Below the pieces are notes generated by a model. That model searched no databases. It was not told where the DNA came from and saw nothing but the letters and a program-made list of their open reading frames with translations. From positions 96,670 to 160,669 of the forward strand of contig JAQUPL010000002.1 in assembly GCA_028716565.1 (NCBI GenBank): a stretch of 64,000 nt of DNA. The letters run 5' to 3'. A program made the translations under genes and the position numbers. Source of the stretch: Candidatus Omnitrophota bacterium (GTDB taxonomy: Bacteria > Omnitrophota > Gorgyraeia > Pluralincolimonadales > Pluralincolimonadaceae). Shown here one piece after another: positions 1 through 8,879 of the stretch (positions are counted from its first letter, which is position 1; every line of letters begins with the position of its first letter).

Positions 1-972
1 ACCGAGCAAGTAATAAAGAATGATGACGTTATTGGTGTCTTCGAGGATTGTGTGGTCAGCCCGGAAAAGGGAGCATGGACCAAGACTGAAGACCTCGACG
101 AGAGACAAGAAGCGATGTTCAAGGCCGTCTCCTCCCCGCGGGCGTTGCACGAGAATACCGAGTGGGACGAAAAGGGCAACATAAGTTTTGCCGGAAAACT
201 TTTCCAGTACCACGGCAAACCCAACCAGAACGCGAGGACGGTCCTGATGATCGAGGATACCGGTTATTACGACGGCAGCGTCGATTCGAGCGGCCCGCTT
301 AACATGGCGGTCTTCATCAGCCCCGGATATATATCCGATTATGCCTGGCTCAAGTTGAGCGATCCCGCTTTTGCGGCAAAGGTGCTCGCTGACGGCCGCA
401 CGACCGGCCATCCGGCCCAGAGCAGGAAAGGCGTGGGCGAGGAGAAATACGAATCGAGATATTGCCTTCCTTTCACGATGGGCGTAGGGAATGCCGCGCA
501 CGTGAAAAGATTCCACGATTTTATTAAAAAAAGAGAGAAGACTGATAACCCGCTCGAGGTTTACCAGATCAGCACCACCGGCAGGGTCGGCGCGCACTAC
601 GATTGGGTAGAAGTGCAACTCGGCGATAAGAAAGTAAAATTACCTAAGACAAAATTTGAGGAGATAGGCGGCAAGATAAGGCCGGTAGGCGGCACAGGGC
701 CCACCATAGAAGAGACTGAACTATTTTTATTCCAGGCGGCAAGAGGCGCGGTAAAGTATGAGCCCCATCCGATATGGAAGGATAAGGTCCTGGTGCCTGT
801 AGAGGTCGAGGGCCTGTCGAAGGAACGGCTTAAGGAGATGAACCCTTTCCATTACAGGTCTGCCGCAGAGATGAAGCGCCTGCTGAAGGCGCAGATATTG
901 ACGAGCAAGTTTTACCTTGAACAGCAGTGCCCGGGCCTTTCCAAGAACATCTTTAACGCGATGGATTTCTAG
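1..972 (+). CDS. hypothetical protein, 5'-partial (open reading frame runs off the window start)
   Basis: The frame of ORF 52..972 stays open back to nt 1 (TEQVIKNDDVIGVFEDC...), so the gene begins upstream of the window. There is no family match I can support from memory. Confidence 0.45.
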   Translation, partial: TEQVIKNDDVIGVFEDCVVSPEKGAWTKTEDLDERQEAMFKAVSSPRALHENTEWDEKGNISFAGKLFQYHGKPNQNARTVLMIEDTGYYDGSVDSSGPLNMAVFISPGYISDYAWLKLSDPAFAAKVLADGRTTGHPAQSRKGVGEEKYESRYCLPFTMGVGNAAHVKRFHDFIKKREKTDNPLEVYQISTTGRVGAHYDWVEVQLGDKKVKLPKTKFEEIGGKIRPVGGTGPTIEETELFLFQAARGAVKYEPHPIWKDKVLVPVEVEGLSKERLKEMNPFHYRSAAEMKRLLKAQILTSKFYLEQQCPGLSKNIFNAMDF

Positions 973-983
973 GGGGGTGCGCT

Positions 984-1865
984 TTGCTTAAGAGCATGAC
1001 GGGTTTCGGCCGCGGCGAGACGGCTACGCCGAACGGGAAGATACAGATAGAGGCAAGGACCGTGAACCACAGGTTCTTCGAGGTATCATCCCGCCTGCCC
1101 GAAAATTTCCAGATATTCGAGGACAAGCTGAGGGCCGAGATCGCCAAGAAAGTAAAACGCGGGAAAGTGAACCTTTCCATGACATACGATAACCCGCGGA
1201 AGTCCGGGCCAAAGCTCATAATAAACAAAGACCTCGCCCGTAAATATAAGAGATTACTTCTGGACCTGAAACATTCCCTGGGATCGAAAGACGAGATCAA
1301 TTTTTCCCAGATAATCGCCTTCCCCGGCGTAATAAGCGTGGAGGAGCAGCCAAAGGAAGAGGCGAAGCTCTGGCCGCACATCAAGTCCGCGTTGAATAAA
1401 GCCCTATCCTCCCTGGTAAAGATGAGGGAAGAAGAAGGCAAGAGGTTGGTCGCGGATATATTAAAGAGGAAGGCCATGGTTTCCAGGCACCTGGCGGTTA
1501 TAGAGCATCGCTCCAGGCTGGCCGTCAGGGAATATCGCGGCCATCTTTTAAAAAAGATAAAAGAGCTCTCGTCCGGGAAGATAAACCTCGACAAGGGAAG
1601 GATAGAGCTGGAGGTGGCCCTCTTCGCCAAGAATTCCGACATATCCGAAGAGGTTACCAGAATAAGATCGCATCTTAAGGGCCTCGGGGAGGCCCTTAAC
1701 CAGCAGGATGAAGTGGGAAGGAAATTGGATTTCATCGCCCAGGAATTGCACCGCGAGATAAATACCGTAGGCCAGAAGACGAACGATTACAAGATAGCCC
1801 AATTGGCCATCGCCATAAAGGGCGAGATAGAAAAGATACGGGAACAGATACAGAACATAGAATAG
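984..1865 (+). CDS. yicC: YicC family stress-induced protein
   Basis: N-terminus MLKSMTGFGRGE matches the YicC signature (E. coli MIRSMTAYARRE). TTG start, preceded by a GGGGGGTG RBS. Conserved yicC-gmk-rpoZ neighbourhood. Confidence 0.8.
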   Translation: MLKSMTGFGRGETATPNGKIQIEARTVNHRFFEVSSRLPENFQIFEDKLRAEIAKKVKRGKVNLSMTYDNPRKSGPKLIINKDLARKYKRLLLDLKHSLGSKDEINFSQIIAFPGVISVEEQPKEEAKLWPHIKSALNKALSSLVKMREEEGKRLVADILKRKAMVSRHLAVIEHRSRLAVREYRGHLLKKIKELSSGKINLDKGRIELEVALFAKNSDISEEVTRIRSHLKGLGEALNQQDEVGRKLDFIAQELHREINTVGQKTNDYKIAQLAIAIKGEIEKIREQIQNIE

Positions 1866-1869
1866 GCCT

Positions 1870-2445
1870 ATGCCGGAGAGAAGGGGACATATTTTCGTCG
1901 TTTCAGCGCCGTCGGGTTGCGGCAAGACCTCGCTTGTAAAGGCGCTTTTAAAAGAGGACAGGTCCCTTGCGCATCCGGCCTCTTTTACGACGCGCCTCAG
2001 GCGCCCGGGCGAAAGAGACGGAGTCGATTATCGTTTTATTTCAGAAGACGAATTCAGCCGCCGCCTTAAAAGGAAAGATTTTTTGGAGTGGTCCCGGCCG
2101 TTCGGGCAGTATTACGCAACGTCAAAAAGCTCCGTCTCGGGCAATATCCGCAGCGGCAGGGACGTGATCCTCAGCCTGGATTTCAAAGGCGCGAATTTCG
2201 TAAAGAAGAATTTCAAGGATTCAACCTCGATCTACATACTCCCGCCTTCACTGAAGGCTTTAAGGCAGAGGCTCGTCGGCCGCATGACCGATCATTCCTC
2301 CGAGATAAAGAAGAGATTGAGCTGCGCGAGGGCCGATATCTGCAATATTAAGAAATACGACTACGCGGTAGTCAACGACAGTTTTACGGATGCCGTAAAA
2401 AAGCTCAAATCAATCATCGTCGCGGAAAGACTTAGGGTGAGGTGA
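1870..2445 (+). CDS. gmk: guanylate kinase
   Basis: P-loop SAPSGCGKTS and the GMP-binding region (RPGERDGVDYRFIS). Lies between yicC and rpoZ as in many bacteria. Confidence 0.9.
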   Translation: MPERRGHIFVVSAPSGCGKTSLVKALLKEDRSLAHPASFTTRLRRPGERDGVDYRFISEDEFSRRLKRKDFLEWSRPFGQYYATSKSSVSGNIRSGRDVILSLDFKGANFVKKNFKDSTSIYILPPSLKALRQRLVGRMTDHSSEIKKRLSCARADICNIKKYDYAVVNDSFTDAVKKLKSIIVAERLRVR

Positions 2446-2449
2446 AAAA

Positions 2450-2659
2450 TTGAAAGCGAAGAGTTCCATCTCGGTCGAGAACCTTCTCGACAAGACTGAT
2501 AATTCTATCTACAAGCTCGTGATACTTGCCTCGAAGCGCGCCTTGGAGCTGAACGAAGGGAGCCCGAAGCTGGTCGAGACCGAAAGCAAGAAGATATCGA
2601 CCGTAGCGCTTGAAGAGATCAGAGAAGGCAAGATAGGGATGAAGGAAAAGAAAAAATAA
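2450..2659 (+). CDS. rpoZ: DNA-directed RNA polymerase subunit omega
   Basis: 69 aa with the omega-like core (SIYKLVILASKRALEL). TTG start preceded by GGTGAGG. Directly downstream of gmk. Confidence 0.8.
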   Translation: MKAKSSISVENLLDKTDNSIYKLVILASKRALELNEGSPKLVETESKKISTVALEEIREGKIGMKEKKK

Positions 2660-3201
2660 TGGCGAAGAAAGAGGCGATCCTCGGGGTCAGCGGTTCCATC
2701 GCCGCTTACAGGGCGTGTGATATCGTCAATAGCCTGAGGAGGGCGGGGGCGAACGTCACGGTCATCATGACGAAAGAAGCGAAAGAGTTCGTCACTCCCT
2801 TGACGCTCCAGACCCTTTCCCGTAACAAAGTTTATTCAGAGATGTTCGAACTGCCGGCCGAATGGAGCCCGGTCCATACCTCGTTGGCCGACATGGCCGA
2901 CCTGATACTGATCGCCCCGGCCTGCGCCAACGTGATAGGCAAGATAGCCAACGGCATCTGTGACGATCTCCTGACCTGCGTGGTCCTGGCGTCCAAGGCG
3001 AAGACCCTTATTGCCCCGGCGATGAACGAGAAGATGTATTTGAACCCCGCGGTGCAGGATAATATCAAAAAGCTCAAAAGCAGGGGAATAGGATTTATCG
3101 GCCCTATCAAAGGTCCCCTGGCATGCGGGCACGATTCTATCGGGCACATCGCCGATACTGCCTCGATAATCCTGGAAGCGAAGAAATTACTCAAGGGTTG
3201 A
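2659..3201 (+). CDS. coaC: phosphopantothenoylcysteine decarboxylase (CoaC flavoprotein half of CoaBC)
   Basis: Flavoprotein fold: GVSGSIAAYRACDIVNSLRRAG..., PLTLQT..., APAMN...M. Ends at a TGA at 3199-3201. Confidence 0.8.
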   Translation: MAKKEAILGVSGSIAAYRACDIVNSLRRAGANVTVIMTKEAKEFVTPLTLQTLSRNKVYSEMFELPAEWSPVHTSLADMADLILIAPACANVIGKIANGICDDLLTCVVLASKAKTLIAPAMNEKMYLNPAVQDNIKKLKSRGIGFIGPIKGPLACGHDSIGHIADTASIILEAKKLLKG

Positions 3202-3884
3202 AGTTGCGAATACTCATAACCGCAGGCCCCACCAAAGAATACATAGACCCCGTCCGCTTCATCTCGAATTCCTCTACGGGTTTTTTCGGATACCAGATAG
3301 CCTCGGAAGCCGCCAGGCGCGGCCATAAGGTCACGCTCGTAAGCGGGCCGACATGCCTGACCCCGCCCAAAGGGGTGAAATTTGTCCCTGTCGTCTCCGC
3401 CCTGGAGATGAAAAAGGCCGTCGAAAAGCATTTTCCGGCATCCGATTGCCTTATAATGTCGGCGGCCGTAGCGGATTACAGGCCGGCGGCTGTCTTCCCG
3501 CGGAAGATCAAGAAGGGGAAGGACCGGTTGGTATTAAGGTTGAAGAGGAACCCCGACATACTTTCGCTCGTCTCCCAAAAAAAAGAAGGCAGGGTCGTAA
3601 TAGGTTTCGCCGTGGAGACTGCCGACTTGAAGAAGAACGCAAAGAAAAAATTGAAAGAGAAGAGTCTCGACTATATCATCGCGGCGCCGCTAAATAACAA
3701 AAGATCCCCGTTCGGGAACCGGAAGGTCCCTGTTTCGATCATATCCGGGACCGGAAAAGCAGAAGCCCTTTTTTCCCACAAAAAAAACCTCTCAAGGATT
3801 ATCCTTGACAAAGCAGAGGCGGCAAAGTATCATTATAATACTGGTAAAATTCAAAAGAGAAAGGGGGACATACATCATGATTAA
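3198..3884 (+). CDS. coaB: phosphopantothenate--cysteine ligase (CoaB half)
   Basis: LKLRILITAGPTKEYIDPVRFISNSSTGFFGYQIA matches the CoaB core. The reading frame is shifted relative to coaC and overlaps its stop (TTGA). The exact start is uncertain: TTG 3198, or an upstream in-frame position. Confidence 0.7.
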   Translation: MKLRILITAGPTKEYIDPVRFISNSSTGFFGYQIASEAARRGHKVTLVSGPTCLTPPKGVKFVPVVSALEMKKAVEKHFPASDCLIMSAAVADYRPAAVFPRKIKKGKDRLVLRLKRNPDILSLVSQKKEGRVVIGFAVETADLKKNAKKKLKEKSLDYIIAAPLNNKRSPFGNRKVPVSIISGTGKAEALFSHKKNLSRIILDKAEAAKYHYNTGKIQKRKGDIHHD

Positions 3885-4278
3885 GAGAAAGGGTTTCACC
3901 CTTATCGAGTTGTTGGTAGTCATGGCAATCATACTTATCCTCGCGGGTTTACTTACACCTGGCCTATTTAAAGCCAAGACACAAGCCGGTAAGGTAAGCT
4001 GCGCCAATAACATGAAGCAAATAGGTACGGCGATGGAATTGTACGCTGGCAAGTTCAGCGATGCTTATCCTGCCACGCTGGGCGCATTATACACGGACAA
4101 CGACATCGACGATACCAACGTATTAAATTGTCCGGTTGCCGGGACTTCGTATACCGCCTATACTCAGCCGGCAAGCACAACGGCGTCAAATGCCATTGTT
4201 TTATCGTGCACTAATGCCGTTCACGGCACAGGAGCTCAGATAAGCCTCTACAAAGGCGGATACGTAAAGATAAAGTAA
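3877..4278 (+). CDS. type IV pilin / pseudopilin (prepilin-type N-terminal cleavage/methylation domain), copy 1
   Basis: MIKRKGFTLIELLVVMAIILILAGLL contains the class III signal with G|FTLIE and Glu at +5. Two C-terminal Cys residues. AAGGGGGA RBS. ATG 3877 chosen over the longer track ORF starting at 3805. Confidence 0.8.
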   Translation: MIKRKGFTLIELLVVMAIILILAGLLTPGLFKAKTQAGKVSCANNMKQIGTAMELYAGKFSDAYPATLGALYTDNDIDDTNVLNCPVAGTSYTAYTQPASTTASNAIVLSCTNAVHGTGAQISLYKGGYVKIK

Positions 4279-4303
4279 TGGTATAAGTAACGAAAAGCTT
4301 CAA

Positions 4304-4344
4304 AAAGGCACCCAAGAGGAATTCTTAGGTGCCTTTTTATTTTG
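4304..4344 (+). terminator. rho-independent terminator after pilin copy 1
   Basis: Stem AAAGGCACC / GGTGCCTTT with a 15-nt loop, followed by TTTTTATTTT. Confidence 0.7.
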
Positions 4345-4405
4345 ACTTTTATATTTTTATATGTTAAATTGGAAAACAAAGTTAATGGAGAAGGGGGGTG
4401 AAGGA

Positions 4406-4819
4406 ATGATGCTGCATATATGCAAGAGAAAGGGTTTCACCCTTATCGAGTTGTTGGTAGTCATGGCAATCATACTTATCCTCGCGGGTTTACTTACACC
4501 TGGCCTATTTAAAGCCAAGACACAAGCCGGTAAGGTAAGCTGCGCCAATAACTTGAAACAGGTAGGTACGGCGCTGGAATTGTACGCTGGCAAGTACAGC
4601 GGAACTTATCCTGCCACGCTGGGCGCATTATACACGGACAACGACATCGACGATACCAACGTATTAAATTGTCCGGTTGCCGGGACTTCGTATACCGCCT
4701 ATACTCAGCCGGCAAGCACAATGGCGTCAAATTCCATTATTTTATCGTGCACTAATGCCGTTCACGGCACAGGATCTCAAATAAGCCTCTATAGGGGTGG
4801 ATACGTAAAGATAAAATAG
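4406..4819 (+). CDS. type IV pilin / pseudopilin, copy 2 (tandem paralogue)
   Basis: Same KRKGFTLIELLVVMAIILILAGLL prepilin leader. About 90% identical to copy 1 at the protein level, with nucleotide stretches of over 120 nt identical. GGAGAAGGGGGGTG RBS. Confidence 0.8.
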   Translation: MMLHICKRKGFTLIELLVVMAIILILAGLLTPGLFKAKTQAGKVSCANNLKQVGTALELYAGKYSGTYPATLGALYTDNDIDDTNVLNCPVAGTSYTAYTQPASTMASNSIILSCTNAVHGTGSQISLYRGGYVKIK

Positions 4820-4849
4820 ATAATAGGTGACATTTAGGGTATTTACAAA

Positions 4850-4889
4850 GAAAGGCACTTGGGTTACAATACTCCGGTGCCTTTTGTTT
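4850..4889 (+). terminator. rho-independent terminator after pilin copy 2
   Basis: Stem AAAGGCAC / GTGCCTTT followed by TTTTGTTT. Lies immediately upstream of tRNA-Cys. Confidence 0.6.
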
Positions 4890-4891
4890 AA

Positions 4892-4967
4892 GGCGACGTA
4901 CCCAAGTGGCTAAGGGAGCGGTCTGCAAAACCGCGATCCACCGGTTCGATTCCGGTCGTCGCCTCCA
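4892..4967 (+). tRNA. tRNA-Cys (GCA)
   Basis: Cloverleaf with acceptor stem GGCGACG/CGTCGCC, anticodon loop CUGCAAA, T-arm GGTTCGATTCC and an encoded CCA. Confidence 0.9.
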
Positions 4968-4992
4968 GATTTATCTATCATAAGCGCCAAAC

Positions 4993-5079
4993 GCCGGGAT
5001 GGCGGAATTGGCAGACGCACGGGACTTAAAATCCCGCGACCGTAAGGTTATGAGGGTTCGACCCCCTCTCCCGGCACCA
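4993..5079 (+). tRNA. tRNA-Leu (UAA), type II with long variable arm
   Basis: Acceptor stem GCCGGGA/TCCCGGC, anticodon loop CUUAAAA, long variable arm, T-arm GGTTCGACCCC and an encoded CCA. Confidence 0.9.
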
Positions 5080-5183
5080 TCTTCGTCAACAAATTACCAC
5101 TAAAAAGCAAGATATTTTCCTTGACAAATGTGCGCGTTAGGTGTAGTTTATAGCAAGTATCAGAGTAGCATAAAAATCAAACC

Positions 5184-5212
5184 GGAGCCGGAAGTTAGGC
5201 TCCTTTTTGTTT
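5184..5212 (+). terminator. rho-independent terminator after the tRNA pair
   Basis: Stem GGAGCC / GGCTCC with an 8-nt loop, followed by TTTTTGTTT. Confidence 0.7.
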
Positions 5213-5227
5213 GCTAAAGACCGGAAA

Positions 5228-7255
5228 ATGGAAAAGAAAAAAGCAGTCATAATAGAAAACAATCCGACGATAGCGCAGGATATCTCCGATATCTTTTCGG
5301 AGAAGGGCTATCTTCCCTTACTGGCGACCAACGGACTGGACGGCATTGAGCTAGTCTGCGAGGAGTCGCCTGACCTCGTCATGCTTAATCCATGCATCAC
5401 AGACATAAACGGCAGTTCCGTATATAAACTTCTCAGGGACGACCCCAAAAACGGCCATATCCCCATCCTGATCTGCGTCACCAACGAAAGGGATATGTTC
5501 AGGTTCTGCGGCATGAAATCTCAGCCCGAACAGAACGCGATCAGGTTTACGGCAAAATCCGATTTTAAAGATAACCTGGAAAAATCCCTCAATCTTATAG
5601 AGAACCGCGTCCTGTCGAATAAATTCCAGCTCGACAGCGAACATTTCAAGAGAGTCCTGGTAAAGCTTGTGAGCGCTTACCAGTCGTATAACGGTTTATC
5701 GTCGGAAGAGGTCAAGGGCATCCTTAACGAAGTCCTCGATAAGATAACGACGATGCTGAGTTCCGAACTCGGGTCGTTGATGCTCGTAGACGAACCCGCG
5801 CAGGAACTTGTGATCAAGGCCTCCAAGGGATTAAGCGACGACGTAATAAATAAGACCCGCATAAAGGTGGGCAAGGGGATCTCCGGTTGGGTGGCGAAGG
5901 CGGGGAGCCCGTTGCTGATAAGGAACATCGAGACCGACGAGCGTTTCTCCCGCCAGAATTCCAAGAGATATTATACATCGTCCTTATTGAGCGCGCCCAT
6001 CCGGATAAAGAACAGGATCGTAGGCGTGATCAACGTAAACAATAAATCCACGAGGGAGCCTTTTACGGAATATGACCTTGCGCTCCTGACGATCCTCACA
6101 AATGAGATGTCGATAGCGATCGAATCCTCGCATTGGCAGAAAGAGCTCGAAGAGGCCAACGAGAAAATAGAAAAACTCAAAGTCAGCAAGCAGATCCTGG
6201 GAGATATCGCCCGTTCGCTCGATGACGAATTATATGAGTTGACAATCTCGCAGGAAGTTAGTAATATAATATACTCGAGGCTCGATTATAAGGAGATAAT
6301 AGACGCGATTTTGGAGATAATCGAGCGCTCCATCGATTGTCATCTATGCGGCTTATTGTTTGTGGATGAGGAAAAAAAGACGGGAATAATAGTCGAGGTA
6401 AAATACCCGGCTACCCAGCAGGAGATTGACAACTTTAAGCTGAAGATCATAGAAACGTTCAACAGGTTAACAGGGGGGAGACTGTTGCCGGAACAAGTTT
6501 CGGTTGATCAGGCTCGAGACAGCGGAAATTTAATAGACTCATACGCCGAAAACAGGAATATCCTCAGCTCTTTCCAGGCGCAATTACTTTTGGCCGGCGA
6601 GAAGCCTATCGGCATGCTGGCAGTCGCCAATTCATTCCCGAACGCCTTCAGCGGCGAAGACCTGAGAGTCTTCTCGATCATATCCCGCCATTCAAGCATC
6701 GCGATAAACAATACCATGCTCCACAAGAAGATAACCGAGCTTTCGATAACAGACGGCCTTACCGGCCTTTATGTCTACAGGTATTTTAACGACGCGCTCG
6801 ACAAGGAAATACTGCGATCGGCCAGGTACAGGCAGCCATTCGGCCTCATAATGATCGACCTGGACAGCTTCAAGAAGATAAACGACAGCTACGGCCATCC
6901 CCAGGGCGACGAGGTATTAAAAGAAGTCGCCCAAATATTCAAGAAAATATGCCGCGAGGTGGATATCGTGGCGAGGTACGGCGGAGAGGAATTCGCGATA
7001 ATACTTCCGGAAACGGACCTGGAGGGCGCGTTTGTCCTGGCCGACAGGATAAGGATGGTCATAAAGAATTACGCTTTCGGGACAAAAGAGAACGTAATAA
7101 ACCTGACGGCGAGCATCGGGGCCGCGAGCTATCCCGATATAGCGGTCTCGAAAACGGAACTCATAAAGCACGTCGACAGGGCGTTATACAGGGCCAAGGC
7201 CGAAGGCAGGAACAAGACATGCCGCGCCGTAAAGGAGATCACGAATGAGATTTAG
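5228..7255 (+). CDS. diguanylate cyclase (GGDEF) with N-terminal degenerate receiver-like domain and GAF domains
   Basis: C-terminal GGDEF core (RYGGEEFAIILPETD, DGLTGLYVYRYFN) and a middle GAF-like region. The N-terminal REC-like fold has lost its acidic pocket and phospho-Asp (ENNP; LVMLNPCITDING). ATG 5228 (MEKKKAVII) preferred over the TTG at 5207. Confidence 0.8.
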   Translation: MEKKKAVIIENNPTIAQDISDIFSEKGYLPLLATNGLDGIELVCEESPDLVMLNPCITDINGSSVYKLLRDDPKNGHIPILICVTNERDMFRFCGMKSQPEQNAIRFTAKSDFKDNLEKSLNLIENRVLSNKFQLDSEHFKRVLVKLVSAYQSYNGLSSEEVKGILNEVLDKITTMLSSELGSLMLVDEPAQELVIKASKGLSDDVINKTRIKVGKGISGWVAKAGSPLLIRNIETDERFSRQNSKRYYTSSLLSAPIRIKNRIVGVINVNNKSTREPFTEYDLALLTILTNEMSIAIESSHWQKELEEANEKIEKLKVSKQILGDIARSLDDELYELTISQEVSNIIYSRLDYKEIIDAILEIIERSIDCHLCGLLFVDEEKKTGIIVEVKYPATQQEIDNFKLKIIETFNRLTGGRLLPEQVSVDQARDSGNLIDSYAENRNILSSFQAQLLLAGEKPIGMLAVANSFPNAFSGEDLRVFSIISRHSSIAINNTMLHKKITELSITDGLTGLYVYRYFNDALDKEILRSARYRQPFGLIMIDLDSFKKINDSYGHPQGDEVLKEVAQIFKKICREVDIVARYGGEEFAIILPETDLEGAFVLADRIRMVIKNYAFGTKENVINLTASIGAASYPDIAVSKTELIKHVDRALYRAKAEGRNKTCRAVKEITNEI

Positions 7256-8876
7256 CAGGCAACTTTTGTTTTGCAGCTTCGTCACGGTTTTCCTTTTGGT
7301 GTTTGCCCATCTCACCTGCGCCCAAGACGACAAAACGGTCACCCTCGACGTGCAGAACATGAATATCGACGCGGTCGTCAAGATGATAGCCGACCAGAGC
7401 GGAATGAACGTAGCCCTGAGCAATAATGTCATCGGCACGGTTACCGTAAAACTTGACAGCGTAAGCGTGATCCAGGCCCTCGACTCGGTCCTGAAGGCGA
7501 ACAATTACCTATATTCCATCGAAAACGGGATAATATCCGTCTACACATACCAGGACTCGGAACAACAGGAGCGTTTCGTTAATCTCGAAACAAGGGTATT
7601 TACTCTTGGCTACACGGATGTCGCCGACCTGAAAAAAGTCCTCCTTTCGATGAAGACAGCCCGCGGCAGGATAGAGACGAACGAGAAGAACAACCAGGTA
7701 ATAGTGACCGATACCCCGGAAAAGGTAAAAGAGATCGAGATCGCGCTTAAGGAACTCGACCAGCCTACCGAGACGAAAGAATATAAGCTGTTGTATTCCA
7801 AGGCCAAGGATGTCGAGCCGAAGATACTCCAGGTGATACCCAAAGAGAAGGGTGACGTATACATCGACGAGAGGACTAACAGTATAACCGTCAGGGCGAC
7901 GCCGGTCATACTGAAAAATATAGATAATTTTATCGGGGGCTGGGATTCCCAGCATAAGCAGGTGCTCATAGAGTCGATGATATTAGAAGTCACCCTCGAT
8001 GAAGGGACGAAGCTTGGCATACAATGGCAGCAGTTGAGCCAATTACCGGTCGATTCCAGCGGTAAAGCCGCCCATCACCCCGCGCTTATCAATACGGCCG
8101 CGATGTTCGCTTCCGGGCTCCCGGCAGCGGGCCCGGCCGGTTTCTTTAAGATCGGAAGCCTTACGGCCGACGAATATAACATCGCTATAGACGCCCTCAA
8201 GAGCAACGCGAATACCGAGGTCCTTTCGAGCCCGAGGATCGTGGTCATAGATAACGAGAAAGCGAATATACTTATCGGGAGCAGCGAGCCGTACGCGGTG
8301 GCGACGACTGACCCGATAACCCACCTGCTCGTCCAGGATATAAAATATGTCGATGTCGGCGTAAAATTGGAAGTTACGCCGCAGATCGGCGAGGATAATT
8401 ATGTCACGATGAAGATACATCCAGAGGTCAGCACCGCGAGAAGGGTGCCTGAGGTCGACAACGTCGTGGCCAAAGATACCACCCAGGCCGATACAGTAAT
8501 GATGGTCAGGGACGGCGAGACGATAGTCCTGGGCGGGCTCATTAAGAACCAGAAAAAGCTGACAGTAAATAAGATCCCGATATTGGGGGATCTGCCCCTG
8601 TTCGGCCTGCTCTTCAGGAACAAGAATTACCAGGACCAGAAGAGGGAGGTGATAGTCTTTGTCACGCCCCATATCCTGACGAATAATAACCGCCAGACGC
8701 TTTCAAGGCAGCAATACCAAAACACCATCAACAGGACAAAAAGAGACGACGCTATCGTAACCGATGCCATAGAAAAGTCCGGTGGGGTACTGATGACCCC
8801 CGTAGAGAAAGAAAAGAAGAGCGAGGCGATAAGAAAAGATATCCAGAGATTGTTAGACGGCGGCGATGAGTATTAA
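7245..8876 (+). CDS. secretin (GspD/PilQ family outer-membrane channel)
   Basis: Signal peptide, N-terminal NolW-like repeats and a C-terminal secretin domain (VLGGLIKNQKK...IPILGDLPLFGLLFRNKNYQDQKREVIVFVTPHIL). Confidence 0.85.
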   Translation: MRFSRQLLFCSFVTVFLLVFAHLTCAQDDKTVTLDVQNMNIDAVVKMIADQSGMNVALSNNVIGTVTVKLDSVSVIQALDSVLKANNYLYSIENGIISVYTYQDSEQQERFVNLETRVFTLGYTDVADLKKVLLSMKTARGRIETNEKNNQVIVTDTPEKVKEIEIALKELDQPTETKEYKLLYSKAKDVEPKILQVIPKEKGDVYIDERTNSITVRATPVILKNIDNFIGGWDSQHKQVLIESMILEVTLDEGTKLGIQWQQLSQLPVDSSGKAAHHPALINTAAMFASGLPAAGPAGFFKIGSLTADEYNIAIDALKSNANTEVLSSPRIVVIDNEKANILIGSSEPYAVATTDPITHLLVQDIKYVDVGVKLEVTPQIGEDNYVTMKIHPEVSTARRVPEVDNVVAKDTTQADTVMMVRDGETIVLGGLIKNQKKLTVNKIPILGDLPLFGLLFRNKNYQDQKREVIVFVTPHILTNNNRQTLSRQQYQNTINRTKRDDAIVTDAIEKSGGVLMTPVEKEKKSEAIRKDIQRLLDGGDEY

Positions 8877-8879
8877 ACC

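Noticed and set aside
1-972. Initial impression that ORF 1..972 is an archaeal-type fructose-1,6-bisphosphate aldolase/phosphatase
   Set aside because: On trying to align it to the FBPase V sequence I recall, I could not find shared motifs. It is left as hypothetical.
953-1735. 260-aa minus-strand ORF opposite yicC
   Set aside because: Antisense to the YicC gene (MTGFGRGE signature). No motifs. Shadow ORF. The same reasoning applies to the other minus-strand track ORFs, e.g. 8043..8672, 9866..10507, 10665..11282, 16447..17202, 22299..22793, 25434..25973, 31490..32023, 32119..32718, 34663..35265, 41423..42328, 42847..43356, 45985..46497, 46244..46858, 47926..48693, 48748..49305 and 49166..49753.
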